From: an uncultured Erythrobacter sp. | Lineage (GTDB): Bacteria; Pseudomonadota; Alphaproteobacteria; Sphingomonadales; Sphingomonadaceae | Direction: 5' to 3' | DNA: 64,000 nucleotides | Assembly: GCA_963975275.1 (NCBI GenBank) | Contig: CAXBFN010000006.1 | Coordinates: 132,124-196,123 of the forward strand | Shown: positions 8,900 through 18,367 of the stretch, one piece after another | How the letters are laid out: every line of letters begins with the position of its first letter | How positions within the stretch are numbered: the first letter of the stretch is position 1 | Program-made: the position numbers and the translations under genes | Notes under the pieces: model-generated | The model's input: only the letters and a program-made list of their open reading frames with translations | Databases searched by the model: none | Told to the model about the DNA's origin: nothing

Positions 8900-8927
8900 C
8901 ATGACGCGCTGGCCTCCAAAGGCAAGC

Positions 8928-8963
8928 AAAAAGGCAGGCGGATCGCGGGTCCGCCTGCCTTTG
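8928..8963 (-). terminator. rho-independent terminator downstream of the DUF1013 (trcR-like) gene
   Basis: 13-bp perfect stem AAAGGCAGGCGGA / TCCGCCTGCCTTT with a 7-nt loop. The minus-strand reading ends in TTTTTG. Confidence 0.75.
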
Positions 8964-9006
8964 TCGGCCGCTTGTGCGGCTGGGTGCGAGAGCGACGCGG
9001 TTCGCG

Positions 9007-9726
9007 TCAGCTCTTGGTTTCGCCCGCGGCTTCCTCGGCGCGCTTGTTCTCGAGCCAGGCGGCGGCTTCGGCTTCCTGCGCAGCCTCGGCGGCGGCCTTC
9101 TGATTGGTGTCGCGCTCGGCGCGCAATTCCTCGATCAGCTTCTCGCGGTCGCTGGTGCCGGGGATCTTGATCTCGGGCTCCGCCGCATTCTCGTCGGCGA
9201 CGATCGACTTGGCAGCCTTGGCGACCACGGCGTCGAGTTCGCGCTGCGAGCACAGGCCGAGAGTGACCGGATCCTTGGGCTGGATGTTCTGGATGTTCCA
9301 GTGCGAGCGCTCGCGGATCGCGCCGATGGTGTTGCGCGTGGTGCCGATCAGCTTGGATATCTGCGCATCGGAGATTTCCGGGTGGTTGCGCAGGATCCAG
9401 GCGATGCCGTCGGGCTTGTCCTGACGCTTCGACACGGGGGTGTAGCGCGGGCCCTTGGTGCGGGTGACCTCGACCGGAGCGCGCTGCATCTTGAGCGCGT
9501 AGCCGGCATCCGCCTGGCCGCGCTCGATTTCTTCCTGCGTCAGCTCGCCGGCATGGACCGGATCGCGGCCGGTGTATTTGGAGCTCGCCAGATCGTCCGC
9601 CATCGCCTGGACCTCGAGGATGTGCAGGCCGCAGAACTGGGCGATCTGTTCGAAGGCCAGGCCGGTGTTGTCGACCAGCCAGGTGGCGGTCGCATGCGGC
9701 ATGAGCGGTTTGGGTTGGTCGGCCAT
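9007..9726 (-). CDS. DUF1013 protein (TrcR-type cell-cycle transcriptional regulator family)
   Basis: The last 239 codons of track ORF 9007-11253, starting MADQPKPLMPHATATWLVDNTGLAFEQIAQFCGLH. This is the conserved alphaproteobacterial DUF1013 sequence. The upstream part of the 748-aa ORF is an alternative frame across the neighbouring genes. Confidence 0.85.
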   Translation of the reverse strand: MADQPKPLMPHATATWLVDNTGLAFEQIAQFCGLHILEVQAMADDLASSKYTGRDPVHAGELTQEEIERGQADAGYALKMQRAPVEVTRTKGPRYTPVSKRQDKPDGIAWILRNHPEISDAQISKLIGTTRNTIGAIRERSHWNIQNIQPKDPVTLGLCSQRELDAVVAKAAKSIVADENAAEPEIKIPGTSDREKLIEELRAERDTNQKAAAEAAQEAEAAAWLENKRAEEAAGETKS

Positions 9727-9747
9727 TGGGCAAACTTTCGCTGGACT

Positions 9748-9781
9748 GAAAATAGAAGGGCCGCCCCTTTCGGAGCGGCCG
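9748..9781 (-). terminator. hairpin with U-rich tail downstream of the GT4 gene (possible terminator or 5' UTR element of the trcR-like gene)
   Basis: Stem GGCCGC / GCGGCC plus two inner GC pairs. The minus-strand tail is CTTCTATTTTC. It ends only about 20 nt upstream of the next start codon, so its role is ambiguous. Confidence 0.45.
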
Positions 9782-9824
9782 CTGGAACCCCTTTCTACGC
9801 CACAAGCGGGCGTTGAGCAAGCGT

Positions 9825-10901
9825 TCAGGCCCCTTGGGGCTGGACCTCCATCGCGGCGAGCCCGGCAAGGAACTGGCCGGTCGCCGCGGCCCAGCTGAAG
9901 CCGGCGCCGAATTGCGCGCAGGCCCGCCGGTCGCGGGTGAGCGCCGCGGCGATCGCCCGGTCGAGATTCTCGGCCATCGCGCCGACCTCGTCGGTAAGAA
10001 TATCGCGCGGCCCGGCAACGGGATAGGCCGCCACCGGGGTGCCGCAGGCGAGCGCCTCGATCGTCACCAGCCCGAAGGTGTCGGTGCGGCTGGGGAAGAC
10101 GAAGACATCCGCCCCCGCATAGCAGCCGGCAAGCGCCGCACCGCTGCGCCGCCCGAGAAACACGGTTTCGGGATAGAGAGCCTTTAGCCGCTCGAGCGCG
10201 GGACCGTCGCCGACCACCACTTTGGTACCGGGCTGGTTGCTGGCGAGGAAGGCCTCGATGTTCTTCTCGACCGCGACTCGCCCGACATAGAGCTGGATCG
10301 GGCGCGGCAGACCGGCGTATTCGGGCGCCGGCGGAGCATCTGGCGCAAAGCAGCCGAGATCGACGCCGCGGCTCCAGTGATGGAGCTGCGTCAGCCCCTG
10401 CGCGCGCAGTTCCGCGCGGATGCTTTCGGTCGCGACCAGCACGCGCCGCGCGGGGCCGTGGAACCAGCGGATGTAGCGCCAGAACCAGTCGGCGGGCAGA
10501 TGCGTCCGCTTGGCGAGATAGTCGGGAAATTGCGTGTGGTAGGCGGTGGTGAAGCGCACCCCGGCGCTGGTGCAATAGCGCCGTGCCGCCAGCCCGAGCG
10601 GCCCCTCTGTGGCGATATGGATCGCGTTGGGCCGAAACTCGCGCAGCCGCGACGCCACGGCGCCGGGGCGGGTCAGCGCCAGCCGGATCTCCGGATAGGT
10701 CGGGCACGGCACCGAGGCGAACCGATCGGGGGAGATCACCACCACCTCGTGCCCGAGCGCGCGCAGATGGTCGCAGGTGGTGGTCAGCGTGCGCACCACA
10801 CCGTTCATCTGTGGCAACCAGGCATCGGTGACGATCGCGATGCGCTCGGGACCGGGGGCCAAAACGGGCAGTTCGCCGCCCGCGAGATCGCTGCGCTTCA
10901 C
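9825..10901 (-). CDS. glycosyltransferase family 4 (GT-B, GT1-type)
   Basis: N-terminal RIAIVTDAWLPQMNGVVRT and a C-terminal nucleotide-sugar binding region (VFVFPSRTDTFGLVTIEALACGTPV). Its start overlaps the stop of the upstream phosphoesterase gene by 4 nt. Confidence 0.85.
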   Translation of the reverse strand: MKRSDLAGGELPVLAPGPERIAIVTDAWLPQMNGVVRTLTTTCDHLRALGHEVVVISPDRFASVPCPTYPEIRLALTRPGAVASRLREFRPNAIHIATEGPLGLAARRYCTSAGVRFTTAYHTQFPDYLAKRTHLPADWFWRYIRWFHGPARRVLVATESIRAELRAQGLTQLHHWSRGVDLGCFAPDAPPAPEYAGLPRPIQLYVGRVAVEKNIEAFLASNQPGTKVVVGDGPALERLKALYPETVFLGRRSGAALAGCYAGADVFVFPSRTDTFGLVTIEALACGTPVAAYPVAGPRDILTDEVGAMAENLDRAIAAALTRDRRACAQFGAGFSWAAATGQFLAGLAAMEVQPQGA

Positions 10902-11815
10902 GCCGCTTCCAGCGTCTCGGCGGGTTCGCGATCGGGGTCAGGCTCGGCGAGCGGTTCGCGTTTGGCGATCTCGTCGGGCCAGTGGAGGATCTCCATCGTC
11001 CCGTCGAAATGCTCGACCAGCGCGTTGCAGCCCTCGACCCAGTCGCCGTCGTTGTAATAGGCGATACCGTCGAAATCGCGCATTTCGGCGGTGTGGATAT
11101 GGCCGCAGACCACCCCGTCGACCCCGCGCTCGGAGGCGGCGCGGGCGACCACTTCCTCGTATTTGGAGATGAACTCGACCGCGTTCTTGACCTTGTGCTT
11201 GGCCGCCTTGGAGAGCGACCAATAGGGCAGGCCGAGCCCGTTGCGGATCGCATTGACCCAGCCGTTGAGCCCCATCATGACATGGTAGAGCGCGTCGCCG
11301 ACGAAGGCGAGCCAGCGGTGCGCCAGCATGATGGTGTCGAATTCGTCGCCATGGAGCACCAGCAGCCGGCGCTCGTCGGCGGTGGTGTGGACATCGGCGC
11401 GCTTGATCTCGACCCCGCCGAAATTCATCCCGCAGAAGGGACGCACCATTTCGTCGTGATTGCCGGGAATGTAGACGATCCGCGTGCCGCGATGCGCGCG
11501 CTTGAGCACGCGCCAGACGATGTCGTTGTGCTCGGGCGGCCAGTAGAACTTCTTCTTCAGCCGCCAGCCGTCGATGATGTCGCCCACCAGATACATCGTC
11601 TCGCTGTCGGTGTGGTCGAGGAAATCGATCAGCATGGCCGCGTTGCAGCCCTTGGTGCCCAGATGGATGTCGCTGATCCAGATGGTGCGGAATTTGCGCC
11701 TCTCGCCCAGTGTGCGTTCGGGCACGACCGGCTGGGCGATCGGAAAACTGGTCACATTGGCGAGGCTGGCGAGATCGGTAGGCAGTTGCGTCATCGCACA
11801 CGTCCCTTGCTGCAA
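10898..11815 (-). CDS. LpxH-like calcineurin-type metallophosphoesterase (annotated family: UDP-2,3-diacylglucosamine diphosphatase)
   Basis: All phosphoesterase motifs are present: ISDIHLG, GDIIDG, GNHD, LHGDEFD, GHIH. Confidence 0.85.
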   Translation of the reverse strand: MQQGTCAMTQLPTDLASLANVTSFPIAQPVVPERTLGERRKFRTIWISDIHLGTKGCNAAMLIDFLDHTDSETMYLVGDIIDGWRLKKKFYWPPEHNDIVWRVLKRAHRGTRIVYIPGNHDEMVRPFCGMNFGGVEIKRADVHTTADERRLLVLHGDEFDTIMLAHRWLAFVGDALYHVMMGLNGWVNAIRNGLGLPYWSLSKAAKHKVKNAVEFISKYEEVVARAASERGVDGVVCGHIHTAEMRDFDGIAYYNDGDWVEGCNALVEHFDGTMEILHWPDEIAKREPLAEPDPDREPAETLEAA

Positions 11816-11946
11816 GAGCTGCCTCCCCCTTGCACGGGTAATGTTACAGGCGATTCACGGTTCGGTGACGGTCCGGGGTCATTGTTGCGGACGCAAGTCG
11901 GGCCTCAAGCGGTCGGGCATCGCCCGAATGCCTGGCCGGACGGCTC

Positions 11947-12954
11947 TCAGGCGCCTGTTTCGAGAACGATCTTGCCGATGTGATCGCCCGCTTCCATCCG
12001 CGCATGCGCCTCCGCGGCCTGTTCGAGCGGAAAGATTTTGTCCATCACCGGACGGATGCTGCCATCCTCGAACAGCGGCCAGGCATGGTTGTGGATCTCG
12101 TCGGCGAGCAGCGCCTTGAATTCGTCCGGCCGGGCGCGCAGCGTCGATCCGGTCAGCGTGTGACGCTTGCCCATGAGTTTGGCCATGTTGATCTCGGCCT
12201 TGAGCCCGCCCAGCACCGCAATGGTGACATGGCGTCCGTCCTCGGCGAGGCAATCGAGATTGCGCTGGACGTATTCGCCCGACACCATGTCGAGCACCAC
12301 ATCGGCGCCCTTGCCATCGGTGAACTGGCGGACATGCTCGACGAAATCCCTGGTCTTGTAATTGATCGCCAGATCGGCGCCGACCTCGCGCGCTGCGACG
12401 CATTTCTCCTCGCTGCCGCAGGTGGTCACGACGGTCAGCCCGAAGGCCTTGCCGAGCATAATCGCCATGGTGCCGATCCCGCTGGTGCCGCCGTGGACCA
12501 GCAGCGTCTCGCCCTCGCGCGCCCAGCCGCGCTCGAAGACGTTGTGCCAGACGGTGAACAGCGTCTCGGGAATGGCGGCGGCCTCGGCCATCGACATACT
12601 CTCGGGGATGTGGAGACAATGCGTCGCCTGGGCGAGGCAATATTGCGCATAGCCGCCCCCGGTCACCAGCGCGCAGACCGGCTGATTGAGCAGTTCGGGC
12701 GCGGCATCGGGCCCGACCGCGACCACAGTGCCGGAAATTTCCAGCCCAGGGATCGGCGAGGCGCCGGGCGGCGGCGGGTAGAAGCCCTGGCGCTGGATGA
12801 CGTCGGGGCGATTGACCCCGGCGTGGCTGACCGCGATCAGCACCTGCCCGCCTTCGGGACGCGGAACCGGCAGCCGCTCGGGGCGCAAGACCTCGGGTTT
12901 GCCCGGCTCGTCGTAGCCGATGGCCGTCATCTCGTCCGGAATTGTATCGCCCAT
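11947..12954 (-). CDS. NAD(P)H:quinone oxidoreductase (zeta-crystallin/MDR family)
   Basis: Internal ATG at 12954 (alternative ATG at 12930) within track ORF 11947-13218. Has GVNRPDVIQRQGFYPPPPGASPIPGLEISG and the Rossmann motif VHGGTSGIGT. Confidence 0.85.
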   Translation of the reverse strand: MGDTIPDEMTAIGYDEPGKPEVLRPERLPVPRPEGGQVLIAVSHAGVNRPDVIQRQGFYPPPPGASPIPGLEISGTVVAVGPDAAPELLNQPVCALVTGGGYAQYCLAQATHCLHIPESMSMAEAAAIPETLFTVWHNVFERGWAREGETLLVHGGTSGIGTMAIMLGKAFGLTVVTTCGSEEKCVAAREVGADLAINYKTRDFVEHVRQFTDGKGADVVLDMVSGEYVQRNLDCLAEDGRHVTIAVLGGLKAEINMAKLMGKRHTLTGSTLRARPDEFKALLADEIHNHAWPLFEDGSIRPVMDKIFPLEQAAEAHARMEAGDHIGKIVLETGA

Positions 12955-13056
12955 ATTCCCCCAGCCCTGTCGTCCGGGCGTGGTGTATCGCGCGCAGGCC
13001 CGCATCGCAACCGGACCATTGACAGCTATGCGCCGCAAAGGCGATGATGCGACGCA

Positions 13057-13257
13057 ATGGATCCCGAGGACAGACCAAGGCCCCGCGGCGACGCCGCCGA
13101 CCGCCTCGCAACCGAGGATCTGGACCCCTATTCGCAGGACGAGCTGACCGCGAGAATCGCGCAGCTCGAGGCCGAGATCGCCCGCGTCACGCGTCACCGC
13201 GACGCCGCCGCCGCGCACCGCGCTGCGGCCGATGCACTGTTCGGCAAAAAGGATTGA
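13057..13257 (+). CDS. DUF1192 family small protein
   Basis: 66-aa ORF with the characteristic segment LDPYSQDELTARIAQLEAEIARV. Confidence 0.7.
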   Translation: MDPEDRPRPRGDAADRLATEDLDPYSQDELTARIAQLEAEIARVTRHRDAAAAHRAAADALFGKKD

Positions 13258-13412
13258 ACGATCGCGAAACCGTCATGGGGGGACTCAAAATTGCCGCAAA
13301 ATTCCCCATATTCGCTATCGTGATACAGCCGCGGCCGGATTTGCCGGCCTAGGCCTTTGCCCCTCTCGCGGCGCCGGTCCTGCAGCGCTCCGAGATCAGC
13401 GAAAGAAATCGA

Positions 13413-15791
13413 ATGCCCAGCTTTGCGCAAAATCTCGAAAAGACTCTCCACCAGGCGCTCGCCGATGCCTCCGAACGGCGGCATGAATACGCCACGCTCG
13501 AACATCTGCTGCTGGCGCTGGTCGAGGACGAGGACGCCAAACAGGTGATGCTGGCCTGCGGGGTCGAGATCACCGAACTCGGCGCGGCGGTGCGGCAGTA
13601 CCTCGATCAGGAATACCAGTCGCTCAAATCCGACGACGAGGCCGATCCGCAGCCCACCGCCGGGTTCCAGCGCGTGGTCCAGCGCGCGATCCTGCACGTC
13701 CAGTCCTCGGGCAAAGACACCGTCACCGGCGCCAATGTGCTGGTCGCGCTGTTTTCCGAGCGCGACAGCTATGCGGTCTATTTCCTCCAGCAGCAGGACA
13801 TGAGCCGGCTCGACGCGGTAAGCTTCATCAGCCACGGGATCGGCAAGGGCGGCAAGCAGATCGAGGCGGGTTCGCCCAAGGGCGCCGACGAGGCGCGCGG
13901 CGGCGAGGAAGCGGCCAAGGAAGGCAACAAGAAGGAGACCGCACTCGACCAGTTCACGGTCAATCTCAACAAGAAGGCGGAGAACGGCAAGGTCGATCCG
14001 CTGATCGGCCGCGGCCCCGAGGTCGACCGGACGATCCAGATCCTGTGCCGCCGCAGCAAGAACAACCCGCTCTATGTCGGCGATCCCGGCGTCGGCAAGA
14101 CCGCCATTGCCGAAGGCCTGGCGCGCAAGATCGTCGAGGGCGAAGTACCCGACGTGCTGCTCGAGGCGGTGATCTATTCGCTCGACATGGGCGCGCTGCT
14201 GGCGGGCACGCGCTATCGCGGCGACTTCGAGGAGCGGCTCAAGCAGGTCGTGTCCGAGCTCGAGGAAATGCCCGAGGCGATCCTGTTCATTGATGAAATA
14301 CATACGGTGATCGGTGCCGGTGCGACCAGCGGCGGGGCGATGGATGCGTCCAATCTGCTCAAGCCGGCGCTGTCGGGCGGGACGATCCGTTGCATCGGTT
14401 CGACCACCTACAAGGAATTCCGCAACCATTTCGAGAAGGATCGCGCGCTGTTGCGGCGGTTCCAGAAGATCGACGTCAACGAGCCCACGGTCGAGGACAC
14501 GATCAAGATCCTCAAGGGGCTGCGCAGCGCTTTCGAGGATCACCACAAGGTCAAGTATACGCCCGACGCGATCAAGACCGCGGTCGAGCTCTCGGCGCGC
14601 TACATCAACGACCGCAAATTGCCCGACAAGGCGATCGACGTGATCGACGAGGTCGGCGCGATGCAGATGCTGGTGCCGCCCAGCCGCCGCAAGAAGAAGA
14701 TCACCTCCAAGGAGATCGAGGCGGTGATCGCCACCATGGCGCGGATTCCGCCCAAATCGGTCAGTTCGGACGACAAGCGCGCGCTGGAAAATCTCGAACG
14801 CGATCTCAAGCATGTCGTCTTCGGGCAGGACCCGGCGGTCAAGAAGCTCGCGACCGCGATGAAGCTGAGCCGCGCCGGACTTCGCGATCCCGACAAGCCG
14901 ATCGGCAGCTTCCTGTTCTCGGGCCCCACCGGGGTCGGCAAGACCGAGGTCGCGCGCCAGCTTGCGAGCATCATGGGGATCGAACTCAAGCGCTTCGACA
15001 TGTCCGAATATATGGAGCGGCACTCGGTTTCGCGCCTGATCGGCGCGCCTCCGGGCTATGTCGGCTACGATCAGGGCGGTCTGCTCACCGATGCGATCGA
15101 CCAGAACCCGCATTGCGTGCTGCTGCTCGACGAGATCGAGAAGGCCCATCCCGACCTGTTCAACATCCTGCTGCAGGTGATGGACAACGGCCGGCTGACC
15201 GATCAACACGGCAAGACGGTCGATTTCCGCAACGTCGTGCTGGTCATGACCACCAATGCCGGTGCCGCCGACATGGCGAGCCAGGGCATCGGCTTCGGCA
15301 ATGTCAGCAAGGAAGACGCGAGCGAGGAAGCGGTGAAGCGGATGTTCACGCCGGAATTCCGCAACCGGCTCGATGCGATCGTGCCCTTCGGCTATCTCGG
15401 CAAGGACACCGTCGGCCGCGTGGTCGACAAGTTCATCCTCCAGCTCGAGCTCCAGCTCACCGAGCAGAATGTCGATATCCAGTTCGACAAGGCGGCGCGC
15501 GAGTGGCTGGGCGACAAGGGCTACGACCGCCTCTATGGCGCCCGCCCGATGAGCCGGCTGATCCAGGACCGGATCAAGCAGCCGCTGGCCGAGGAACTGC
15601 TGTTCGGCAAGCTGGCCGATGGCGGCGAGGTGCATGTCAGCGTCAAGGACGACAAGCCGTCCTTCGAGCTGACCCCCGCCCCGCCCAAGGCCAAGCGCAA
15701 GCCTGCCGCAGGCAAGAAAGCGGCCAAGAAGCCGGGTGACGACAAGCCCGACGCCGCGACGAGCGAAAGCACGGACGACAGCGAAGTCTGA
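13413..15791 (+). CDS. clpA: ATP-dependent Clp protease ATP-binding subunit ClpA
   Basis: 792 aa. Has an N-domain and two AAA+ modules (GDPGVGKTAI and GPTGVGKTEVARQLA) plus the sensor motif GARPMSRLIQ. Confidence 0.95.
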   Translation: MPSFAQNLEKTLHQALADASERRHEYATLEHLLLALVEDEDAKQVMLACGVEITELGAAVRQYLDQEYQSLKSDDEADPQPTAGFQRVVQRAILHVQSSGKDTVTGANVLVALFSERDSYAVYFLQQQDMSRLDAVSFISHGIGKGGKQIEAGSPKGADEARGGEEAAKEGNKKETALDQFTVNLNKKAENGKVDPLIGRGPEVDRTIQILCRRSKNNPLYVGDPGVGKTAIAEGLARKIVEGEVPDVLLEAVIYSLDMGALLAGTRYRGDFEERLKQVVSELEEMPEAILFIDEIHTVIGAGATSGGAMDASNLLKPALSGGTIRCIGSTTYKEFRNHFEKDRALLRRFQKIDVNEPTVEDTIKILKGLRSAFEDHHKVKYTPDAIKTAVELSARYINDRKLPDKAIDVIDEVGAMQMLVPPSRRKKKITSKEIEAVIATMARIPPKSVSSDDKRALENLERDLKHVVFGQDPAVKKLATAMKLSRAGLRDPDKPIGSFLFSGPTGVGKTEVARQLASIMGIELKRFDMSEYMERHSVSRLIGAPPGYVGYDQGGLLTDAIDQNPHCVLLLDEIEKAHPDLFNILLQVMDNGRLTDQHGKTVDFRNVVLVMTTNAGAADMASQGIGFGNVSKEDASEEAVKRMFTPEFRNRLDAIVPFGYLGKDTVGRVVDKFILQLELQLTEQNVDIQFDKAAREWLGDKGYDRLYGARPMSRLIQDRIKQPLAEELLFGKLADGGEVHVSVKDDKPSFELTPAPPKAKRKPAAGKKAAKKPGDDKPDAATSESTDDSEV

Positions 15792-15797
15792 GCCAGA

Positions 15798-15831
15798 GGG
15801 TGCCGAAGGCGGTTTATCGGCCTTCGCACCC
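15798..15831 (+). terminator. GC-rich hairpin immediately after clpA stop (possible terminator, no U-tract)
   Basis: 12-bp stem GGGTGC(C)GAAGGC / GCCTTCGCACCC with one bulge. Confidence 0.45.
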
Positions 15832-15906
15832 CTTCGGCAGAGGAAAGCCTTGCCGTCGCACTCCCTTGCCGGGCATATCGTCCGGGTCGAAGGGGGAATT
15901 GCCGAT

Positions 15907-16824
15907 ATGCCGATACTCGAGGTCGAGAGACTGACGAAACGCTTCGGCGATGTGCTCGCGGTCGACGATCTGAGCTTTGCGGTCCAGCCGGGGGAAATCT
16001 TCGGATTCCTCGGCGGCAATGGCGCGGGCAAGACCACCACGCTGCGGATGGTGCTCGACATCATCCGCCCCAGCTCGGGGCGGATTTCGGTGTTCGGCAG
16101 CGCGCCCGACAAGCGCAACACCGCGGCGATCGGCTTTCTGCCCGAGGAACGCGGGCTCTATGGCCATATGAGCGCGATCGACACGATCGTCTATTTCGCG
16201 CGGCTCAAGGGAATGGATGCTGCCGAAGGGCGTAGCCACGGGCTCGAACTGCTCGCCCGCTTCGATCTCGCCGATCGCGCGACCGCCAAGATTTCCGACA
16301 TGTCGAAGGGCATGGCACAAAAGGTCCAGCTCGCCACCGCGCTGGTCAACCGTCCGCAGCTGCTGATGCTCGACGAGCCCTTCTCGGGGCTCGACCCGGT
16401 CAATCAGGGGCTGCTCGAGGACGAGATCCTGCGCGCCTCCGAGCGCGGCGCCGCGGTGATCTTCTCCACCCATGTCATGCAGCACGCCGAGCGGCTTTGC
16501 GACCGGCTGCTGCTGCTGCGCAAGGGTCACAAGCGCTTCGAGGGCACCATCGACGAGGCGCGCGCCACGCTGCCCGCGCGGATCACCGCGGTGGCGCCGC
16601 AGAGCATCGCCGCGGTCGCGGGCGTGAGCCATGCCGAACCGGTCGAGGACCTCGGTGCAGGCTGGCACGAATGGGCAATTACGCTGGCGCCGGATACCGA
16701 GGTCGGCGAGGTTCTGGAGCGCTGCACCAGCACCGGCGTGCCGCTGCGCCGCTTCGAGGAACACCGCGCCAATCTCCACGATGTCTTCGTCTCGCTTGTC
16801 GGTAATGCGGAGGTAAGGCCATGA
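15907..16824 (+). CDS. ABC transporter ATP-binding protein (ABC-2 type exporter)
   Basis: Internal ATG at 15907 (MPILEVERLTKRFGD). Walker A GGNGAGKTT, signature MSKGMAQK, Walker B LLMLDEPFSGLD. Confidence 0.9.
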   Translation: MPILEVERLTKRFGDVLAVDDLSFAVQPGEIFGFLGGNGAGKTTTLRMVLDIIRPSSGRISVFGSAPDKRNTAAIGFLPEERGLYGHMSAIDTIVYFARLKGMDAAEGRSHGLELLARFDLADRATAKISDMSKGMAQKVQLATALVNRPQLLMLDEPFSGLDPVNQGLLEDEILRASERGAAVIFSTHVMQHAERLCDRLLLLRKGHKRFEGTIDEARATLPARITAVAPQSIAAVAGVSHAEPVEDLGAGWHEWAITLAPDTEVGEVLERCTSTGVPLRRFEEHRANLHDVFVSLVGNAEVRP

Positions 16825-18311
16825 ACCGCTCGAACATCATGCTCGTGGCGGCGCGCGAGTTCCGCCAGATCGCCGCGATGAAGAGCTTCTGGCTCACGCT
16901 GATGCTGCTCCCGATCGCGCTGGCGCTCGGGCCGATCGTCGGCCAGGCGCTCGACGACGACGAGGCGACCCGCGTGGTGGTGCTCGACCGCTCGGGCGGA
17001 GCCACGCGCGAGGCGATCGTCGACCGCTTCGAGTTCGAGGAAGACCGCTACCGGCTGAGTGCGCTGTCGCGCTACGTCCGCCGTCACGAACTCGAACGGG
17101 CCGATCCGCAGGCGCCCTGGACGCAGCACGATCGCTGGTACACCGCCGCCGATGTCGCAACCTTCCGCGCGCAGGGCGGGATCGATGCGGCGATCGCCAA
17201 GCTCGACGCGGTCAAGCCGGAGGAAATTTCGAGCTTCGAGGTGCCGACACCGCAATATGAATTCCCCGAAGCGCCCGAGACGCTGGTCTCCGCCGGCGAC
17301 GAGCAGCTCGACGAGCGGGTCGATGCGCTGCTCGATTCCGAAGGCGAGGAAGAGGTGGCGACGGTGGTGATGATCGGGGAGGGCTATCCCGCCGATCCCA
17401 CCATCCGGCTGTGGTCCAACGAGCAGCCCTCGACCGGATTCGTCACCGTGCTGCAGGATGTCCTGACCGGCGATCTGCGCCAGCGGCTGCTCACGCAGCG
17501 CGGCCTCTCGCCGCAGGAGGCGACGGCGATCCAGTCCGCCGCACCCGCGATCGCGGTGACCACTCCGCCGCCCGGCGGCGGCGCGCGCGAGGCGCTGCTG
17601 ATCCGCTCGATCGTGCCGCTGGCGCTGGCCTATATCCTGATGATGAGCCTGATGCTGTCGGGCAGCTGGATGCTGCAGGGGTCGGTCGAGGAGCGCTCGA
17701 ACAAGTTGCTCGAATCGCTGCTCGCCTGCATCCGCCCCGAGGAGCTGATGTATGGCAAACTGCTGGGTGCGCTCGCGGTCGGCTTTTCGATGATCCTCGT
17801 CTGGGTCGGCTGCGCCGCGGTGGCGGCTTTTGCGACCCATGGCGCGATCGCCGACATGATCCGCCCCGCGCTCGCGCCGCTGACCTCGCCCGGGATCATC
17901 CTGGCGATGATCTATTTCTTCGTCGCCGGATATATCGCGATCTCGATCCTGTTCGTCGCCATCGGCGCGCTGGCGGATTCGATGAGCGAGGCGCAGGGCT
18001 ATCTGATGCCGATCCTGCTCGCGATCCTGCTGCCGATCACCTTCCTGATCCAGGCGATCGTGCTGGGCCAGACCGGGCTGATGGTGCAGGTTCTGACCTG
18101 GATTCCGATATGGACGCCCTTCACGGTGCTGGCGCGGCTGGGTGCAGGCATCGAGATGTGGGAGATCGTCGGCGCGGGCGTATTGCTTGCCGGTTTCATT
18201 GCGCTCGAGATCGTGTTCCTCGGCCGCCTGTTCCGCGCCAGCCTGCTGGCGCAGGGACAGAAACCGGGGCTGAAGCAGCTGCTCCACCGCTTCCGCGCCG
18301 CGCCCGAGTAG
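16821..18311 (+). CDS. ABC-2 family transporter permease with large N-terminal periplasmic domain
   Basis: Its ATG overlaps the ATPase stop (ATGA). One N-terminal TM segment, about 220 aa of soluble domain, then five or six TM segments (NatB-like architecture). Confidence 0.85.
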   Translation: MNRSNIMLVAAREFRQIAAMKSFWLTLMLLPIALALGPIVGQALDDDEATRVVVLDRSGGATREAIVDRFEFEEDRYRLSALSRYVRRHELERADPQAPWTQHDRWYTAADVATFRAQGGIDAAIAKLDAVKPEEISSFEVPTPQYEFPEAPETLVSAGDEQLDERVDALLDSEGEEEVATVVMIGEGYPADPTIRLWSNEQPSTGFVTVLQDVLTGDLRQRLLTQRGLSPQEATAIQSAAPAIAVTTPPPGGGAREALLIRSIVPLALAYILMMSLMLSGSWMLQGSVEERSNKLLESLLACIRPEELMYGKLLGALAVGFSMILVWVGCAAVAAFATHGAIADMIRPALAPLTSPGIILAMIYFFVAGYIAISILFVAIGALADSMSEAQGYLMPILLAILLPITFLIQAIVLGQTGLMVQVLTWIPIWTPFTVLARLGAGIEMWEIVGAGVLLAGFIALEIVFLGRLFRASLLAQGQKPGLKQLLHRFRAAPE

Positions 18312-18367
18312 CTGGCATGTCGCGGGCTGCCCGGGAACGCTAGCCTCTCCCCGGATTTGACTAGGGG

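Noticed and set aside
9007-11253. 748-aa minus-strand ORF spanning three genes
   Set aside because: Only the last 239 codons (DUF1013 protein, from ATG 9726) look like protein. The rest is an alternative frame running through the GT4 and LpxH-like genes.
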